Origin: an uncultured Prevotella sp.
GTDB lineage: Bacteria > Bacillota > Clostridia > Christensenellales > UBA1242
Assembly: GCA_964370495.1 (NCBI GenBank)
Contig: CAYJJH010000001.1
Coordinates: 5,499-65,897 of the forward strand
DNA length: 60,399 nt
Reading direction: 5' to 3'
Shown: positions 1 to 9,555 of the stretch, piece by piece
Position numbering within the stretch: position 1 is the first letter of the stretch
How the letters are laid out: every line of letters starts with the position of its first letter
The notes under the pieces: model-generated
Database searches by the model: none
Told to the model about the DNA's origin: nothing
Seen by the model: only the letters and a program-made list of their open reading frames with translations
Translations under genes and position numbers: made by a program

Positions 1-588
1 ATAGATATTATAAATAGTGAAATCACTTCTGTATTAAACGGAAATGAACCTTGGTTTACCGCTAACCCGTCACTTGGCTCTTTGGTTCAACTTATGCTTG
101 TATATCAAGAATCAAATCTTATAACTAAAAGTCAACATACTATTGCCACCACAATAGAACTTGAAAACGGTAATTCTATTCCTGCAATAAATATTCCGGT
201 TTTGTTTATGCCATACGAACAAGATAAAGATATTATGACAATTAATGGAATTTTAGACATTTATGAATCTCGCACTGATTATGAATCAGATAGATCCAAT
301 AGTGACGACGAAAACTACGAGAAAATTGCTATAGGGCTTGATTTCAATAAAGATAATAATTTAAGTTATTTAGCCCGCAGCAAGAAATTTAATACTGGGA
401 TAGATAATTATATTTTCGAATCAACAAAAACAGGTGAATATAACGAGATTACAATACCACTTGATAGCTCTGGTACCCCTTATGGTGAAATAAGTGCCAG
501 CAATAAATTAGACTGCACAGACACAGAGTATCTTAATCTTTATATGCCAAATGGTATGGGAGCAGTAATTAAAGTTGTGAATAAGTAA
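1..588 (+). CDS. hypothetical protein, 5' end outside window
   Basis: Frame 1 is open from nt 1, with no stop before the listed ORF at 82, and ends at TAA 586-588. No motif recognised. Confidence 0.45.
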   Translation: MDIINSEITSVLNGNEPWFTANPSLGSLVQLMLVYQESNLITKSQHTIATTIELENGNSIPAINIPVLFMPYEQDKDIMTINGILDIYESRTDYESDRSNSDDENYEKIAIGLDFNKDNNLSYLARSKKFNTGIDNYIFESTKTGEYNEITIPLDSSGTPYGEISASNKLDCTDTEYLNLYMPNGMGAVIKVVNK

Positions 589-642
589 TATAAAGTTACT
601 TACAATTTATTTGTTAATAACTTATTGTCGAAAAGTTTTTAA

Positions 643-1125
643 ATGCAGGTATTTAGACTTGCATATATATTTAGTATGTCAAAGAAAACACTTACTTTTA
701 TGACCGCAATATTTTTTGCTATTTTGCTTGTTCTTGCAATATTTTCTGCGGCAAATATAATTACGCCTTTACAAGACACTATCAGTCAAGATAAACAGTT
801 ACTGGCTATTACCATCAATGATGATTTAAAGATACACCTCATTCAAAATATTAGCGAAAATGAAACCAGCAGAAATTCTTTTATACTTGTACACTTAACC
901 GCCATATTCTTTTCAATTTACATGATTTATGTTCGCATCTACAATCTTCTAAAAAAACAAGTATCAAAACTGGCGCTCCCAATTATTGCCTTAACAAATA
1001 TACTTTTATTATCCATTGCCTGGATTATTGGGTCAGTATATTTAACACCAACTTTCTTTACTATCGCAGCCCCTTTATTGTTTTTTGGGATTTTACCCTT
1101 TATTTCTGGCTTAAATCATTTGTGA
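643..1125 (+). CDS. hypothetical integral membrane protein
   Basis: 160-aa ORF with several long hydrophobic segments. An alternative start is Met12 (nt 676). Confidence 0.5.
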   Translation: MQVFRLAYIFSMSKKTLTFMTAIFFAILLVLAIFSAANIITPLQDTISQDKQLLAITINDDLKIHLIQNISENETSRNSFILVHLTAIFFSIYMIYVRIYNLLKKQVSKLALPIIALTNILLLSIAWIIGSVYLTPTFFTIAAPLLFFGILPFISGLNHL

Positions 1126-1217
1126 TAATTTTACATTAATATTATAATTTATATAGATTTACTTTCCATAGTAAAAATTTTTTGGGGGCGGGCCCAAATT
1201 AAAAGGAAGTAAAAAAT

Positions 1218-1691
1218 ATGAATTTTATAAAAGAGAATTGGTCAAGATTTTCTATGGCTCTCCTTTATTTGCTAGGTGGCGCTTTGGGTATAATTATGTT
1301 TATAAGCTACGGCTTTGCAGACATATTCGAAGCAAAAAACTTCGCTGATGCATTTTTGATTTTGGTTCCTGTTTTATCATTCCTTGTATATTTCTTTGGA
1401 ATGGTTGCATTGCTAATAACAAAATGTGTTGCAAGCAAAAAAGTAAGTAGCATTTTGTATATGGCAATTGGCGGATTCATCGCTTTATTAAATTTAGTTA
1501 CATTTGTGGTTTTCTCAAGTGAATTAAATCTTGCAGGCGCTGTTGATTTCAATACATTGTTTGTATATGTTGTACCTATGATAGTATTTGGATTCTATCC
1601 ATTATTAAAAGGGATTACAAGATTCATCGAAGCAGAAGTTGTTGCTGTTAAAGCAAAAGCACCTGCTAAGAAAGAAGTTGCTGCTAAATAA
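1218..1691 (+). CDS. hypothetical integral membrane protein
   Basis: 157-aa ORF with about 4 hydrophobic helices and a Lys/Ala-rich tail. An SD (AAGGAAG) lies about 8 nt upstream of the ATG. Confidence 0.6.
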   Translation: MNFIKENWSRFSMALLYLLGGALGIIMFISYGFADIFEAKNFADAFLILVPVLSFLVYFFGMVALLITKCVASKKVSSILYMAIGGFIALLNLVTFVVFSSELNLAGAVDFNTLFVYVVPMIVFGFYPLLKGITRFIEAEVVAVKAKAPAKKEVAAK

Positions 1692-1712
1692 AATAACTTA
1701 AATTATTTTTCT

Positions 1713-1743
1713 AAAAAACCGTGGATTATCTGCGGTTTTTTTA
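1713..1743 (+). terminator. putative rho-independent terminator
   Basis: AAAAAACCG..CGGTTTTTTT hairpin plus T-tract directly after the stop at 1691. Confidence 0.45.
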
Positions 1744-1756
1744 GTATTATTATTTA

Positions 1757-2791
1757 ATGTATATCAAGAGCATATCTTTAACAAATTTCAGAAATCATAT
1801 TGATACCAAAACGAATTTGGATAAAGGTATAAATATTTTACTTGGACAAAATGCACAGGGTAAAACAAACCTGCTTGAAGCTATTTACTTATCCTGCGTG
1901 GGCCAGGGTTGGAGAGCAGGAAGAGATAGCGAAATGATAACCTTTGATAAGGATTTTTCATTGGTGAATGTAAAAGCGCAAAAAGAATTTGGAGAAATTG
2001 ACATCGCAATAAAATTAGGCAAAGGGACAAAAAAGTCTATTTCATTAAATCAATTGCCTATATCAAAAGTATCCGAGCTTATGGGTCAAATCAACTGCAT
2101 ATTTTTTTCGCCCGATGAATTAAGAATAATAAAAGAAGCGCCCGCAGATCGCAGACGCTTTCTTAACATTGATATTTCACAAATTGATAAAAGTTATTTT
2201 TATGCACTACTCCGCTATAACAAAATTTTATCACAACGTAACGCCTATTTAAAAAACAATACTGACCTAAGGGAGCTTTCTATTTGGGATGAACAGTTAA
2301 TTAAGGTTGGTAATATTATAATTCAAAAAAGAGCAAAATTTTTACAAGAACTGTCTCCATACATAAAAGACACACACGGACGGCTTACAGACAATAAAGA
2401 AAATATTTCCATAAGCTATGAAACCCCTGCAGACTTTGAATCTGAACTGTTAAATTCCAGGGAACGCGATCTAAGGCTTAGAACGACTACTGTTGGGCCA
2501 CACAGGGATGATATAGAGATTTTAATAAATGGTAAAGATGTTAGACTATACGGAAGCCAGGGGCAACAACGCACCGTTTCCCTGTCTATAAAATTAGCCG
2601 AACTTGAGTTATTTAAAAAGATTACTGGCGAGACTCCGATACTTCTACTTGACGATGTATTTAGCGAGCTAGATAGCAGTCGCCAATCGAGACTGCTAAC
2701 TTCGTTAGAAAATATCCAGACCATAATTACCACAACAGAAAAACCGTCTTTTGGTAAAATTATTAATATTAAAAATGGTAAAATTATTTAA
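1757..2791 (+). CDS. recF: DNA replication and repair protein RecF
   Basis: N-terminus MYIKSISLTNFRNH, Walker A GQNAQGKTNLLEA, a signature-like GSQGQQRT and Walker B LLLDDVFSELD. Confidence 0.9.
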   Translation: MYIKSISLTNFRNHIDTKTNLDKGINILLGQNAQGKTNLLEAIYLSCVGQGWRAGRDSEMITFDKDFSLVNVKAQKEFGEIDIAIKLGKGTKKSISLNQLPISKVSELMGQINCIFFSPDELRIIKEAPADRRRFLNIDISQIDKSYFYALLRYNKILSQRNAYLKNNTDLRELSIWDEQLIKVGNIIIQKRAKFLQELSPYIKDTHGRLTDNKENISISYETPADFESELLNSRERDLRLRTTTVGPHRDDIEILINGKDVRLYGSQGQQRTVSLSIKLAELELFKKITGETPILLLDDVFSELDSSRQSRLLTSLENIQTIITTTEKPSFGKIINIKNGKII

Positions 2792-3354
2792 GCCGTCAAC
2801 GCGCCGGATACAGCATTAATAACAAAGTCAAAAGCGCTTTCTGCCAATGGAAATAAATGAAGTTGAAATATGTTAAACAAGTGAGCGGCAAAGTTACTTC
2901 CGCTTTGTGTAGTTAGTTGCAACATATCCACCCAACCAAAAGTATCTATCAGCATAAAAACAATTACAAGAGATACAGTAGCTAGAAACAATCCAAAGAA
3001 CATTCCAAAAAACCTATCAACCGTATTAACCATTGGCAAGTTTTCTTTTACTGTTATAAGCCACTTATCAAGTATTAGTAATATCAACCTTGATAAAATA
3101 AATAGAACCGCTGCACTAATCAACCAAAGCATTGTTGCTCCAGGAATTAACACCGAAGATACCCAACTGTCCATAACAAGAGCAAGCCCATAGTTTGTAT
3201 CCAAAAACTCTGCGAAATTTCCAGCAAAAAGGTAAACAACACCTAATGCTATAAATGTAGACAAGTATTGTAGCACGCTGCGAATAAAGCCACGCTTAAC
3301 ACCAACTACGGTACAAATAATAATAAACAATGCAACAACGATGTCTGCTATCAT
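2788..3354 (-). CDS. cvpA: CvpA family membrane protein
   Basis: N-terminus MIADIVVALFIIICTVVGVKRGFIRS is typical of CvpA, and the protein has 4-5 TM segments. Confidence 0.7.
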   Translation of the reverse strand: MIADIVVALFIIICTVVGVKRGFIRSVLQYLSTFIALGVVYLFAGNFAEFLDTNYGLALVMDSWVSSVLIPGATMLWLISAAVLFILSRLILLILDKWLITVKENLPMVNTVDRFFGMFFGLFLATVSLVIVFMLIDTFGWVDMLQLTTQSGSNFAAHLFNIFQLHLFPLAESAFDFVINAVSGALTA

Positions 3355-3467
3355 TTATTTCCTCCTTTGTTTTTCCAATTTAAAATTAGCATACATATTA
3401 TATATTGTCAATTACATTAAATTGTTTATCACAGTACATCAAACTTTTTTGTCCGAAATATAAAAAA

Positions 3468-3483
3468 TGTTTAACGTTAAACA
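3468..3483. promoter_or_regulatory. parS-like palindrome TGTTTAACGTTAAACA (copy 1)
   Basis: Perfect 16-bp palindrome upstream of parB. It matches the canonical parS TGTTNCACGTGAAACA at 14 of 16 positions, with symmetric changes. Confidence 0.6.
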
Positions 3484-3530
3484 TTTTTAAATAAGAAAAC
3501 ATACTCTGGGCATATTAAAACAGCTTAAAT

Positions 3531-3546
3531 TGTTTAACGTTAAACA
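3531..3546. promoter_or_regulatory. parS-like palindrome TGTTTAACGTTAAACA (copy 2)
   Basis: Identical 16-mer 63 bp from copy 1. Confidence 0.6.
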
Positions 3547-3567
3547 TTTTGCAAAAAAATAATTTAA

Positions 3568-3596
3568 TTGCATTTTAATATCAAAAGATATATTAT
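3568..3596 (+). promoter_or_regulatory. putative sigmaA-type promoter of parB, leaderless geometry
   Basis: TTGCAT, 17 nt, TATTAT. The ATG at 3603 lies 6 nt after the -10 and there is no SD. Confidence 0.4.
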
Positions 3597-3602
3597 ATTT
3601 AC

Positions 3603-4517
3603 ATGACAGAAAAACTTGGAAAAGGATTAGGTGCTTTATTCGGAGATTTTTCGTTTGACGACGAAGAACCAACAAAATCTGCACCCGCGCCAACAAAGGC
3701 AAAAGAGGAAAATAAAAATGATGTCCAGAAGATTGCTTTATCTTTAATCGACAACAACATTGATCAACCTCGAAAAATTTTCGACCCAAAAGCGTTAGAA
3801 GAACTTGCGGAAAGTATTCGTAATCATGGAGTAATTCAACCAATACTTGTAACCCCCGTAGGTAATCGTTACATGATCGTAGCAGGAGAACGCCGTTGGA
3901 GAGCTTCTAAACTAGCAGGGGTTACAGAAATACCCGCAGTTGTAAGAATGTTTAACGTTAAACAAATTGCAGAAATAGCAATTATAGAAAACCTACAGCG
4001 CGACGATTTGAACGACATGGAGCTTGCATATGGTATTAAAAGACTTATGGAAGAGCATGCGCTTACACAAGAAAAAGTTGCGGAGAGATTATCCAAGCCA
4101 AGAAGTACAGTTGCAAATATGTTAAGGCTTTTAGTTTTGCCAAGCGCAATTAAAAGAATGATAGAACTAAAACAATTGACCTCGGGTCACGCCATCAGAT
4201 TACTATCTTTATCAAGCGAAAACGAGCAACTAGATTTCGCCAAGAAAGCCGTAGAAGAAAACTTGTCTGTTAGAGCGTTAGGTGATTTAATAGACGGGAA
4301 AGGAAAAGCATTTGATTTCAGTCAGCTATCAAAGTCCAGCAAGAGCAAAGAAATCAAAGCACCAGAGATAGTAGAACAAGAAAAAGAGATGTCCAGAAAA
4401 ATTGGAACCAAAGTAAAAATCGAAGGGTCCACGCAGTCCGGAAAGGTAATTATCGCTTATCATTCAGCACAAGAGCTTAATAGAGTGGTAGAATACATCA
4501 AAAACCACAAGATATAG
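3603..4517 (+). CDS. parB: chromosome partitioning protein ParB/Spo0J
   Basis: LGKGLGALF N-terminus, ParB-box GERRWRAS and an HTH region (LTQEKVAERLSKPRSTVANMLRLL). Confidence 0.9.
   Translation: MTEKLGKGLGALFGDFSFDDEEPTKSAPAPTKAKEENKNDVQKIALSLIDNNIDQPRKIFDPKALEELAESIRNHGVIQPILVTPVGNRYMIVAGERRWRASKLAGVTEIPAVVRMFNVKQIAEIAIIENLQRDDLNDMELAYGIKRLMEEHALTQEKVAERLSKPRSTVANMLRLLVLPSAIKRMIELKQLTSGHAIRLLSLSSENEQLDFAKKAVEENLSVRALGDLIDGKGKAFDFSQLSKSSKSKEIKAPEIVEQEKEMSRKIGTKVKIEGSTQSGKVIIAYHSAQELNRVVEYIKNHKI
3949..3964. promoter_or_regulatory. parS-like palindrome TGTTTAACGTTAAACA (copy 3, inside parB)
   Basis: Identical 16-mer within the parB ORF (codons RMFNVKQ). An intragenic parS in spo0J is a known arrangement in B. 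subtilis. Confidence 0.6.
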
Positions 4518-4565
4518 TGGTATAAATAATTAAATATACAACATATTGTATAAAAAGGAGAAATT

Positions 4566-5333
4566 ATGGGAAGAATCGTAGCAATTACTAATCAAAAAGG
4601 CGGAGTTGGCAAAACTACCACCTGTATAAACCTTTCAGCTTACCTTGCAACACTTGGTAAAAAGGTTTTAATCGTGGATATGGATCCACAAGGAAACGCA
4701 ACCAGCGGTATAGGTATAGTCAAGGAACCAAAGATGGCTACAATCTATAATGCAATGTGTGACCAGGTTGAAGCAAGCGAGGTTGTTCAACTTACATCTG
4801 TAAAAGGATTAGAAATAATCCCAGCAACCGTGGATCTTGCGGGTGCGGAAATAGAATTAGTAAGAATGAACGGCAGAGAGAGAATATTACGCAACGTGCT
4901 TGAGAAAGTAAAAGACAGCTACGACTTTATCTGTATAGATTGTCCGCCAAGTTTAGGGTTGCTTACGGTAAATGCATTAACAGCAGCAGACGGAATTATC
5001 ATTCCAATTCAATGTGAATTCTTTGCTCTTGAAGGCGTAAGCCAACTTATAAAAACTGTACGACTTATAAAAAAACAAGGGCTTAACCCAAACATAGATA
5101 TCGAAGGCGTACTTACAACAATGATGAGCAGAAGCGGATTGACCGAGCAAGTAAATGCAGAACTTCTTAAATTCTTTGGGAAAAAAGTTTACTCTACCAA
5201 AATTCCAAGAAACGTAAGATTGGCAGAAGCACCAAGTCACGGCAAACCAATATGTATTTATGACCACAAATGCCCAGGCGCAAAAGCATACAAAGAACTT
5301 GCTATGGAATTTATGAAGAGGCAACCAAGATGA
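4566..5333 (+). CDS. parA: chromosome partitioning ATPase ParA/Soj
   Basis: Deviant Walker A NQKGGVGKTTT. Strong SD AAGGAG upstream. Confidence 0.9.
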   Translation: MGRIVAITNQKGGVGKTTTCINLSAYLATLGKKVLIVDMDPQGNATSGIGIVKEPKMATIYNAMCDQVEASEVVQLTSVKGLEIIPATVDLAGAEIELVRMNGRERILRNVLEKVKDSYDFICIDCPPSLGLLTVNALTAADGIIIPIQCEFFALEGVSQLIKTVRLIKKQGLNPNIDIEGVLTTMMSRSGLTEQVNAELLKFFGKKVYSTKIPRNVRLAEAPSHGKPICIYDHKCPGAKAYKELAMEFMKRQPR

Positions 5334-6346
5334 ACACCCAGATAAAATCTTTATATAGAATTTATCGACCAAAAAACTTTAACGAAGTTGTTGGACAAGA
5401 ATTCGTAACCAAGACATTATGTAATCAAATAACCAGTGACAAAATTGGACACGCATATTTATTTTGTGGAACCAGAGGCACAGGAAAAACCAGTGTTGCA
5501 AAAATTTTTGCTAATGCTGTAAATTGTGAAAAATTTGATAACGGTAAAGTTTGTGGAAAATGTGAATGGTGTAAAAACCAAAATAAAAATCTTGATCTTT
5601 ATGAAATTGACGCAGCCAGCAACAACGGGGTAGACGCAGTAAGAGAACTTATAGATACAGCCAAATATCCACCTGTCGTAGGGAAATATAAAGTTTATAT
5701 AATTGACGAGGTGCATATGTTTTCTGGTTCAGCATTTAATGCTTTACTTAAAACCTTGGAAGAACCACCTTCGCACGTGCTTTTTATTTTAGCAACTACC
5801 GAACCACATAAATTACTTCCCACTGTGCAAAGCAGATGTATGAAATTTAATTTCAGAAATGTATCTGATAAGGACATCGCCTCTTTGTTAAAAAAAGTAT
5901 TTCAAAAAGAAAGCATTACAGCAAACGACGAAGCAATTGCACAAATTGCCAAAGAAGGAAAGGGCAGCGTGCGAGACGCTTTATCATTTGCTGATACAAT
6001 TGCGGCATATTCTAAAAATAAAGAAATTACACTTAATGATATAAATAACGTAATCGGCGGTGTGGATTTTAAATTATTTGAAAAACTTGTAGACGACATA
6101 GAAAAAACTGATGCGGGATCAATACGAAAAAATATAGACGCGATATTTAATATTTCAAGCGCGACAGACAGAATAATATCCAACACATTATCTGCAGTTA
6201 AAAATAAATACATAAAGGCTCCGAATAGCAAACTGGCTAGTATGCTTAAAATATTTGCTAAACTTGAAATGAATATAAAATACTCTGCTAATCCAAAAGA
6301 ATATTTTGAAACTGCTTGTATGGTTGCATCCACAGAGGGTTTATAA
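5330..6346 (+). CDS. dnaX: DNA polymerase III subunit gamma/tau, clamp-loader domains I-III only
   Basis: Start chosen at the ATG overlapping the parA stop (ATGA). Motifs HAYLFCGTRGTGKTS, a Zn module CxxCxxC and a DEVHM Walker B. The protein ends at 338 aa at an in-frame TAA. Confidence 0.85.
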   Translation: MNTQIKSLYRIYRPKNFNEVVGQEFVTKTLCNQITSDKIGHAYLFCGTRGTGKTSVAKIFANAVNCEKFDNGKVCGKCEWCKNQNKNLDLYEIDAASNNGVDAVRELIDTAKYPPVVGKYKVYIIDEVHMFSGSAFNALLKTLEEPPSHVLFILATTEPHKLLPTVQSRCMKFNFRNVSDKDIASLLKKVFQKESITANDEAIAQIAKEGKGSVRDALSFADTIAAYSKNKEITLNDINNVIGGVDFKLFEKLVDDIEKTDAGSIRKNIDAIFNISSATDRIISNTLSAVKNKYIKAPNSKLASMLKIFAKLEMNIKYSANPKEYFETACMVASTEGL

Positions 6347-6640
6347 TTGGGAAAAGTCTGGGCAAAAATATTAGAGCAACTGCGGTCAGGTAACAACTTT
6401 TCATTATTCGGACTTATCAGTTCAATTGATAATATAACATTTGAAGAAAACAAAATTGTCATACACACAACAAGCGATTTGGAATTTACCACTCTTCAAA
6501 AAAATAAAAAGCATCTGGAAGAATTAGCAGGTGGTGTAATTATAGAAATAGAAAAAAGTATAGCGCAGGCATCTGGACATACACACGAGTACATCGAAAA
6601 ATTGGAAAATTTATTTGGCGACAAACTTAAAGTTTTGTAA
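6347..6640 (+). CDS. DnaX C-terminal-domain-like ORF, same frame as dnaX and directly after its TAA
   Basis: VWAKILEQLRS..SLFGLISS..ITFEENKIVIHT resembles the C-terminal domain of Firmicute tau. A GAGGG SD-like element lies 7 nt before the TTG at 6347. Confidence 0.5.
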   Translation: MGKVWAKILEQLRSGNNFSLFGLISSIDNITFEENKIVIHTTSDLEFTTLQKNKKHLEELAGGVIIEIEKSIAQASGHTHEYIEKLENLFGDKLKVL

Positions 6641-6652
6641 TATACTTTTTAT

Positions 6653-6958
6653 ATGGCAAAATTTGGAATGAATGCTGGCGGTGGGCAAATGGCCCAACTT
6701 ATGAAGCAAGCAGAAGAAATGAAAAAGAAAATAGACCAAACCAAGGCAGAGTTAGCAGAAACCGCTATTGACGCAACGGTAGGTGGCGGAATGGTTACCG
6801 CATCTATGTCGGGAAATTACGAACTTCTTGATCTTAAAATCAAGCCCGAAGCAATAGATCCAGATGACATTGAAACCACAGAGGATTTGGTTATTGCAGT
6901 AATAAATGAATGTTTAAGACAGGTAACGGAATTAAGAGATGAAAAACTGCCAATGTAA
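6653..6958 (+). CDS. ybaB: nucleoid-associated protein YbaB/EbfC
   Basis: 101 aa with QLMKQAEEMKKKIDQTKAEL..GGGMVTASMSGN. The position after dnaX is typical. Confidence 0.9.
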   Translation: MAKFGMNAGGGQMAQLMKQAEEMKKKIDQTKAELAETAIDATVGGGMVTASMSGNYELLDLKIKPEAIDPDDIETTEDLVIAVINECLRQVTELRDEKLPM

Positions 6959-8378
6959 ATCTTATAGAATAGCACCCAGCCCAACGGGGTATGTCCACAT
7001 TGGAACAATTGGGATGGCTATTGTAAATTCTTATTTAGCAAAACAAAATAATGCCGACTTTAATTTACGAATAGAAGATACGGATAATAAAAGATTGGTC
7101 GAAGATGCAAAAGATAAAATGCTGGAAACATTTGAATATTTTGGGTTAAAGTTCGATAATACCTTTATTCAAACAGAGCGACTAGATATTTACAAGCAAT
7201 ATGTTAATAAGTTACTTGATGAGGGCAAAGCATATTATTGTTTTTGCACAGAAGAAGAATTAACAAAAACAAGGGAAACACAATTAGCAAATAAAGAAAA
7301 AACTGGGTATTATGGCAAATATGCTAAATGTAAAAATCTAACCAAAGAAGAAACCCAGAAAAAAATTGCAAGTGGTGTGAAATATGTAGTGCGTGCAAAT
7401 TTTTCATATAAAGACTGGGGCGACAGAATAACCTTTGTTGATGGAGCTAAAGGAGAGATATCTTTACCGCCTGAAATAAATGATCCAATAATTCTTAAAG
7501 CTAATGGAATACCGCCATATAATTTTGCGCATGCGGTAGACGATACACTTATGGGAACAGAGCATATTGTACGTGGGGAAGAGTGGCTTATATCTACAGC
7601 TGAGCATATGCAACTGTGTGATTTGCTTGGCTTTGAAAGATTTAATTATATTCATATGCCAACGATAAATATCGAAGATCAAGGCAAGAAAAGAAAACTT
7701 TCAAAACGCAAAGACAAAATGGCTCTTGTAATGAATCTTATAAATGACGAAACCATGGGGTATCCAAAAGAAGCAATTATAGAATATCTGCTTACCATTT
7801 ATAATACAGATTTTGAATTATGGAGAATAGCCAACCCCGATGCTGATGTAAAAGATTTTATATTCAGAATAGAAAAAATAGGCAGCAATAATCCACTTTT
7901 AGATATTCCAAAATTAAATGACATATCAAAAAATATATTAGCCAAAATGACACACAAAGAAATCGTATCAAGTTTCAATAACTGGGTATGGGAAAAGATT
8001 CCAAATATGAACAAAGAAACAAAAAACAGAATAGAACAAATGTTGAATGTTGAAAGAGGTGGAGAACGACCAAGAAAGGATTTAACTAAATTTGGTGATA
8101 TAGCAAATCTTTACAGTTACCTATTCGATAACTTTACAGTTGATAAATCTGATCTTAATAAAGATATCTTAGCAAGATATGCCGAGATCTATAACGAAAA
8201 AGATACAAAAGAAGAATGGTGGGACAAAATAAAATCAATGACCCAAGACAAAAAAGAATTGCGAACTATTGCACATAATATAAGATTTGCAACAACAGGA
8301 AAAGAAAATACACCTGATCTTTGGTCTATTCTTAGAATCTTGGGTGAAGATAAAGTTAAAGAGAGGCTGATGCGATAG
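6939..8378 (+). CDS. gltX: glutamate--tRNA ligase
   Basis: RIAPSPTGYVHIGT (HIGH motif) and KLSKRK (KMSKS motif). Class I catalytic core. Confidence 0.9.
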   Translation: MKNCQCKSYRIAPSPTGYVHIGTIGMAIVNSYLAKQNNADFNLRIEDTDNKRLVEDAKDKMLETFEYFGLKFDNTFIQTERLDIYKQYVNKLLDEGKAYYCFCTEEELTKTRETQLANKEKTGYYGKYAKCKNLTKEETQKKIASGVKYVVRANFSYKDWGDRITFVDGAKGEISLPPEINDPIILKANGIPPYNFAHAVDDTLMGTEHIVRGEEWLISTAEHMQLCDLLGFERFNYIHMPTINIEDQGKKRKLSKRKDKMALVMNLINDETMGYPKEAIIEYLLTIYNTDFELWRIANPDADVKDFIFRIEKIGSNNPLLDIPKLNDISKNILAKMTHKEIVSSFNNWVWEKIPNMNKETKNRIEQMLNVERGGERPRKDLTKFGDIANLYSYLFDNFTVDKSDLNKDILARYAEIYNEKDTKEEWWDKIKSMTQDKKELRTIAHNIRFATTGKENTPDLWSILRILGEDKVKERLMR

Positions 8379-8997
8379 CCAACAGTTTTACGCTTTTGGC
8401 TTTGAACTTTTTAAGAATCTTAATACATTCATTAGCGGTAGCACCCGTAGTAAAAACATCATCTATAAGTAAAATATCTTTGCCTTTGATTGCTTCTGCA
8501 TTATGCACGTCAAAGGCATTTTTAATGTTTTCCAGCCTTTGCTCTAATGTCATCTTTTTCTGTGGTGCCGTTTTCTTTATTCTTATCAAAATATTACTTA
8601 TTACTGGCAACCCCAAATATTCGCCGACCTCGTTTGCTAATAACTCGCTTTGATTATACCCACGCTCTTTGTACCTTTCTTTGCATAGCGGTACGGGTAT
8701 AATTATATGATTCTTTTTATTTTTGATGTGTTTTATATAAACAGCCGCCATATATGGAGCGATCGCCCTTGCACAAAATGCATTATCACTATATTTAAGT
8801 TTTAATATTAAAGAACGGATAGGCTCTTCATAAAGAAATGGGGCAAAGTGTATTTCTGTCATATCTACGTTAAATGGCAGTTTATCTATGCATTCATCAC
8901 AAATATAAGCGTTAGCAGAGTTTTGGATCTCTGCGCCACAAGTAACGCATGTATAATTTGGAAACCACAGGTCTAACAGTTTGTTTACTTTCGCCAT
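8356..8997 (-). CDS. comFC: ComF family phosphoribosyltransferase-domain protein
   Basis: N-terminal CxxC..CxxC zinc ribbon and a PRPP-binding LLIDDVFTTGAT motif. Confidence 0.8.
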   Translation of the reverse strand: MAKVNKLLDLWFPNYTCVTCGAEIQNSANAYICDECIDKLPFNVDMTEIHFAPFLYEEPIRSLILKLKYSDNAFCARAIAPYMAAVYIKHIKNKKNHIIIPVPLCKERYKERGYNQSELLANEVGEYLGLPVISNILIRIKKTAPQKKMTLEQRLENIKNAFDVHNAEAIKGKDILLIDDVFTTGATANECIKILKKFKAKSVKLLAIASASL

Positions 8998-9018
8998 AAA
9001 TAATTATACAATAAACTT

Positions 9019-9555
9019 GTGGAAATACTAAAACACAATATGATAAAACAAGCCGTTAATATTATTAAAGACGGTGGTGTGCTGGTTTATCCCACAGATA
9101 CGGTTTGGGGATTGGGTTGTGATGCACTTAATAAAAAAGCTGTATCAAATCTAATCAAGGCTAAAAAGAAACCCGAAGACGCAAAACTTATCTGGCTATT
9201 CCCTTCCATTAAAATGGTAAAGATTCATTTTCCAAAATTAACCAAAGAAGAAGAGAGTCTACTTAATAAAAAAAGAACTACAGTAATTATAAATAACCAA
9301 GCAATTAGAGTGGTAAAAAATGGCTGGCTTAATAAATTTTTATCAGCATGCCAAACACCATTAACTTCTACCAGCGCCAACATTCATGGAAAACCTGTTA
9401 TAAAAAAATGGACGCAGGCACTTAAAGAATTTAATAACATAAATGCTGTAATAAAGGGCAGACATATAATAAACCCTAAACCCAGCACAATTGTAAAAGT
9501 CGAAAACCAACAAATTAAAATATTACGCAAAGGGGGAGGCATATCTATAAAGTAA
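9019..9555 (+). CDS. tsaC: L-threonylcarbamoyladenylate synthase (YrdC/TsaC family)
   Basis: VLVYPTDTVWGLGCDA and TSTSANIHG motifs. An alternative ATG start is at 9040. Confidence 0.8.
   Translation: MEILKHNMIKQAVNIIKDGGVLVYPTDTVWGLGCDALNKKAVSNLIKAKKKPEDAKLIWLFPSIKMVKIHFPKLTKEEESLLNKKRTTVIINNQAIRVVKNGWLNKFLSACQTPLTSTSANIHGKPVIKKWTQALKEFNNINAVIKGRHIINPKPSTIVKVENQQIKILRKGGGISIK

Noticed and set aside
5270-5329. Longest-ORF start of dnaX at 5270
   Set aside because: That start would overlap parA by 64 nt and add a non-conserved N-terminal extension. The ATG at 5330, overlapping the parA stop (ATGA), gives the canonical DnaX N-terminus.
5902-6492. 196-aa minus-strand ORF antisense to dnaX
   Set aside because: It is a shadow ORF opposite a conserved gene, with no independent support.
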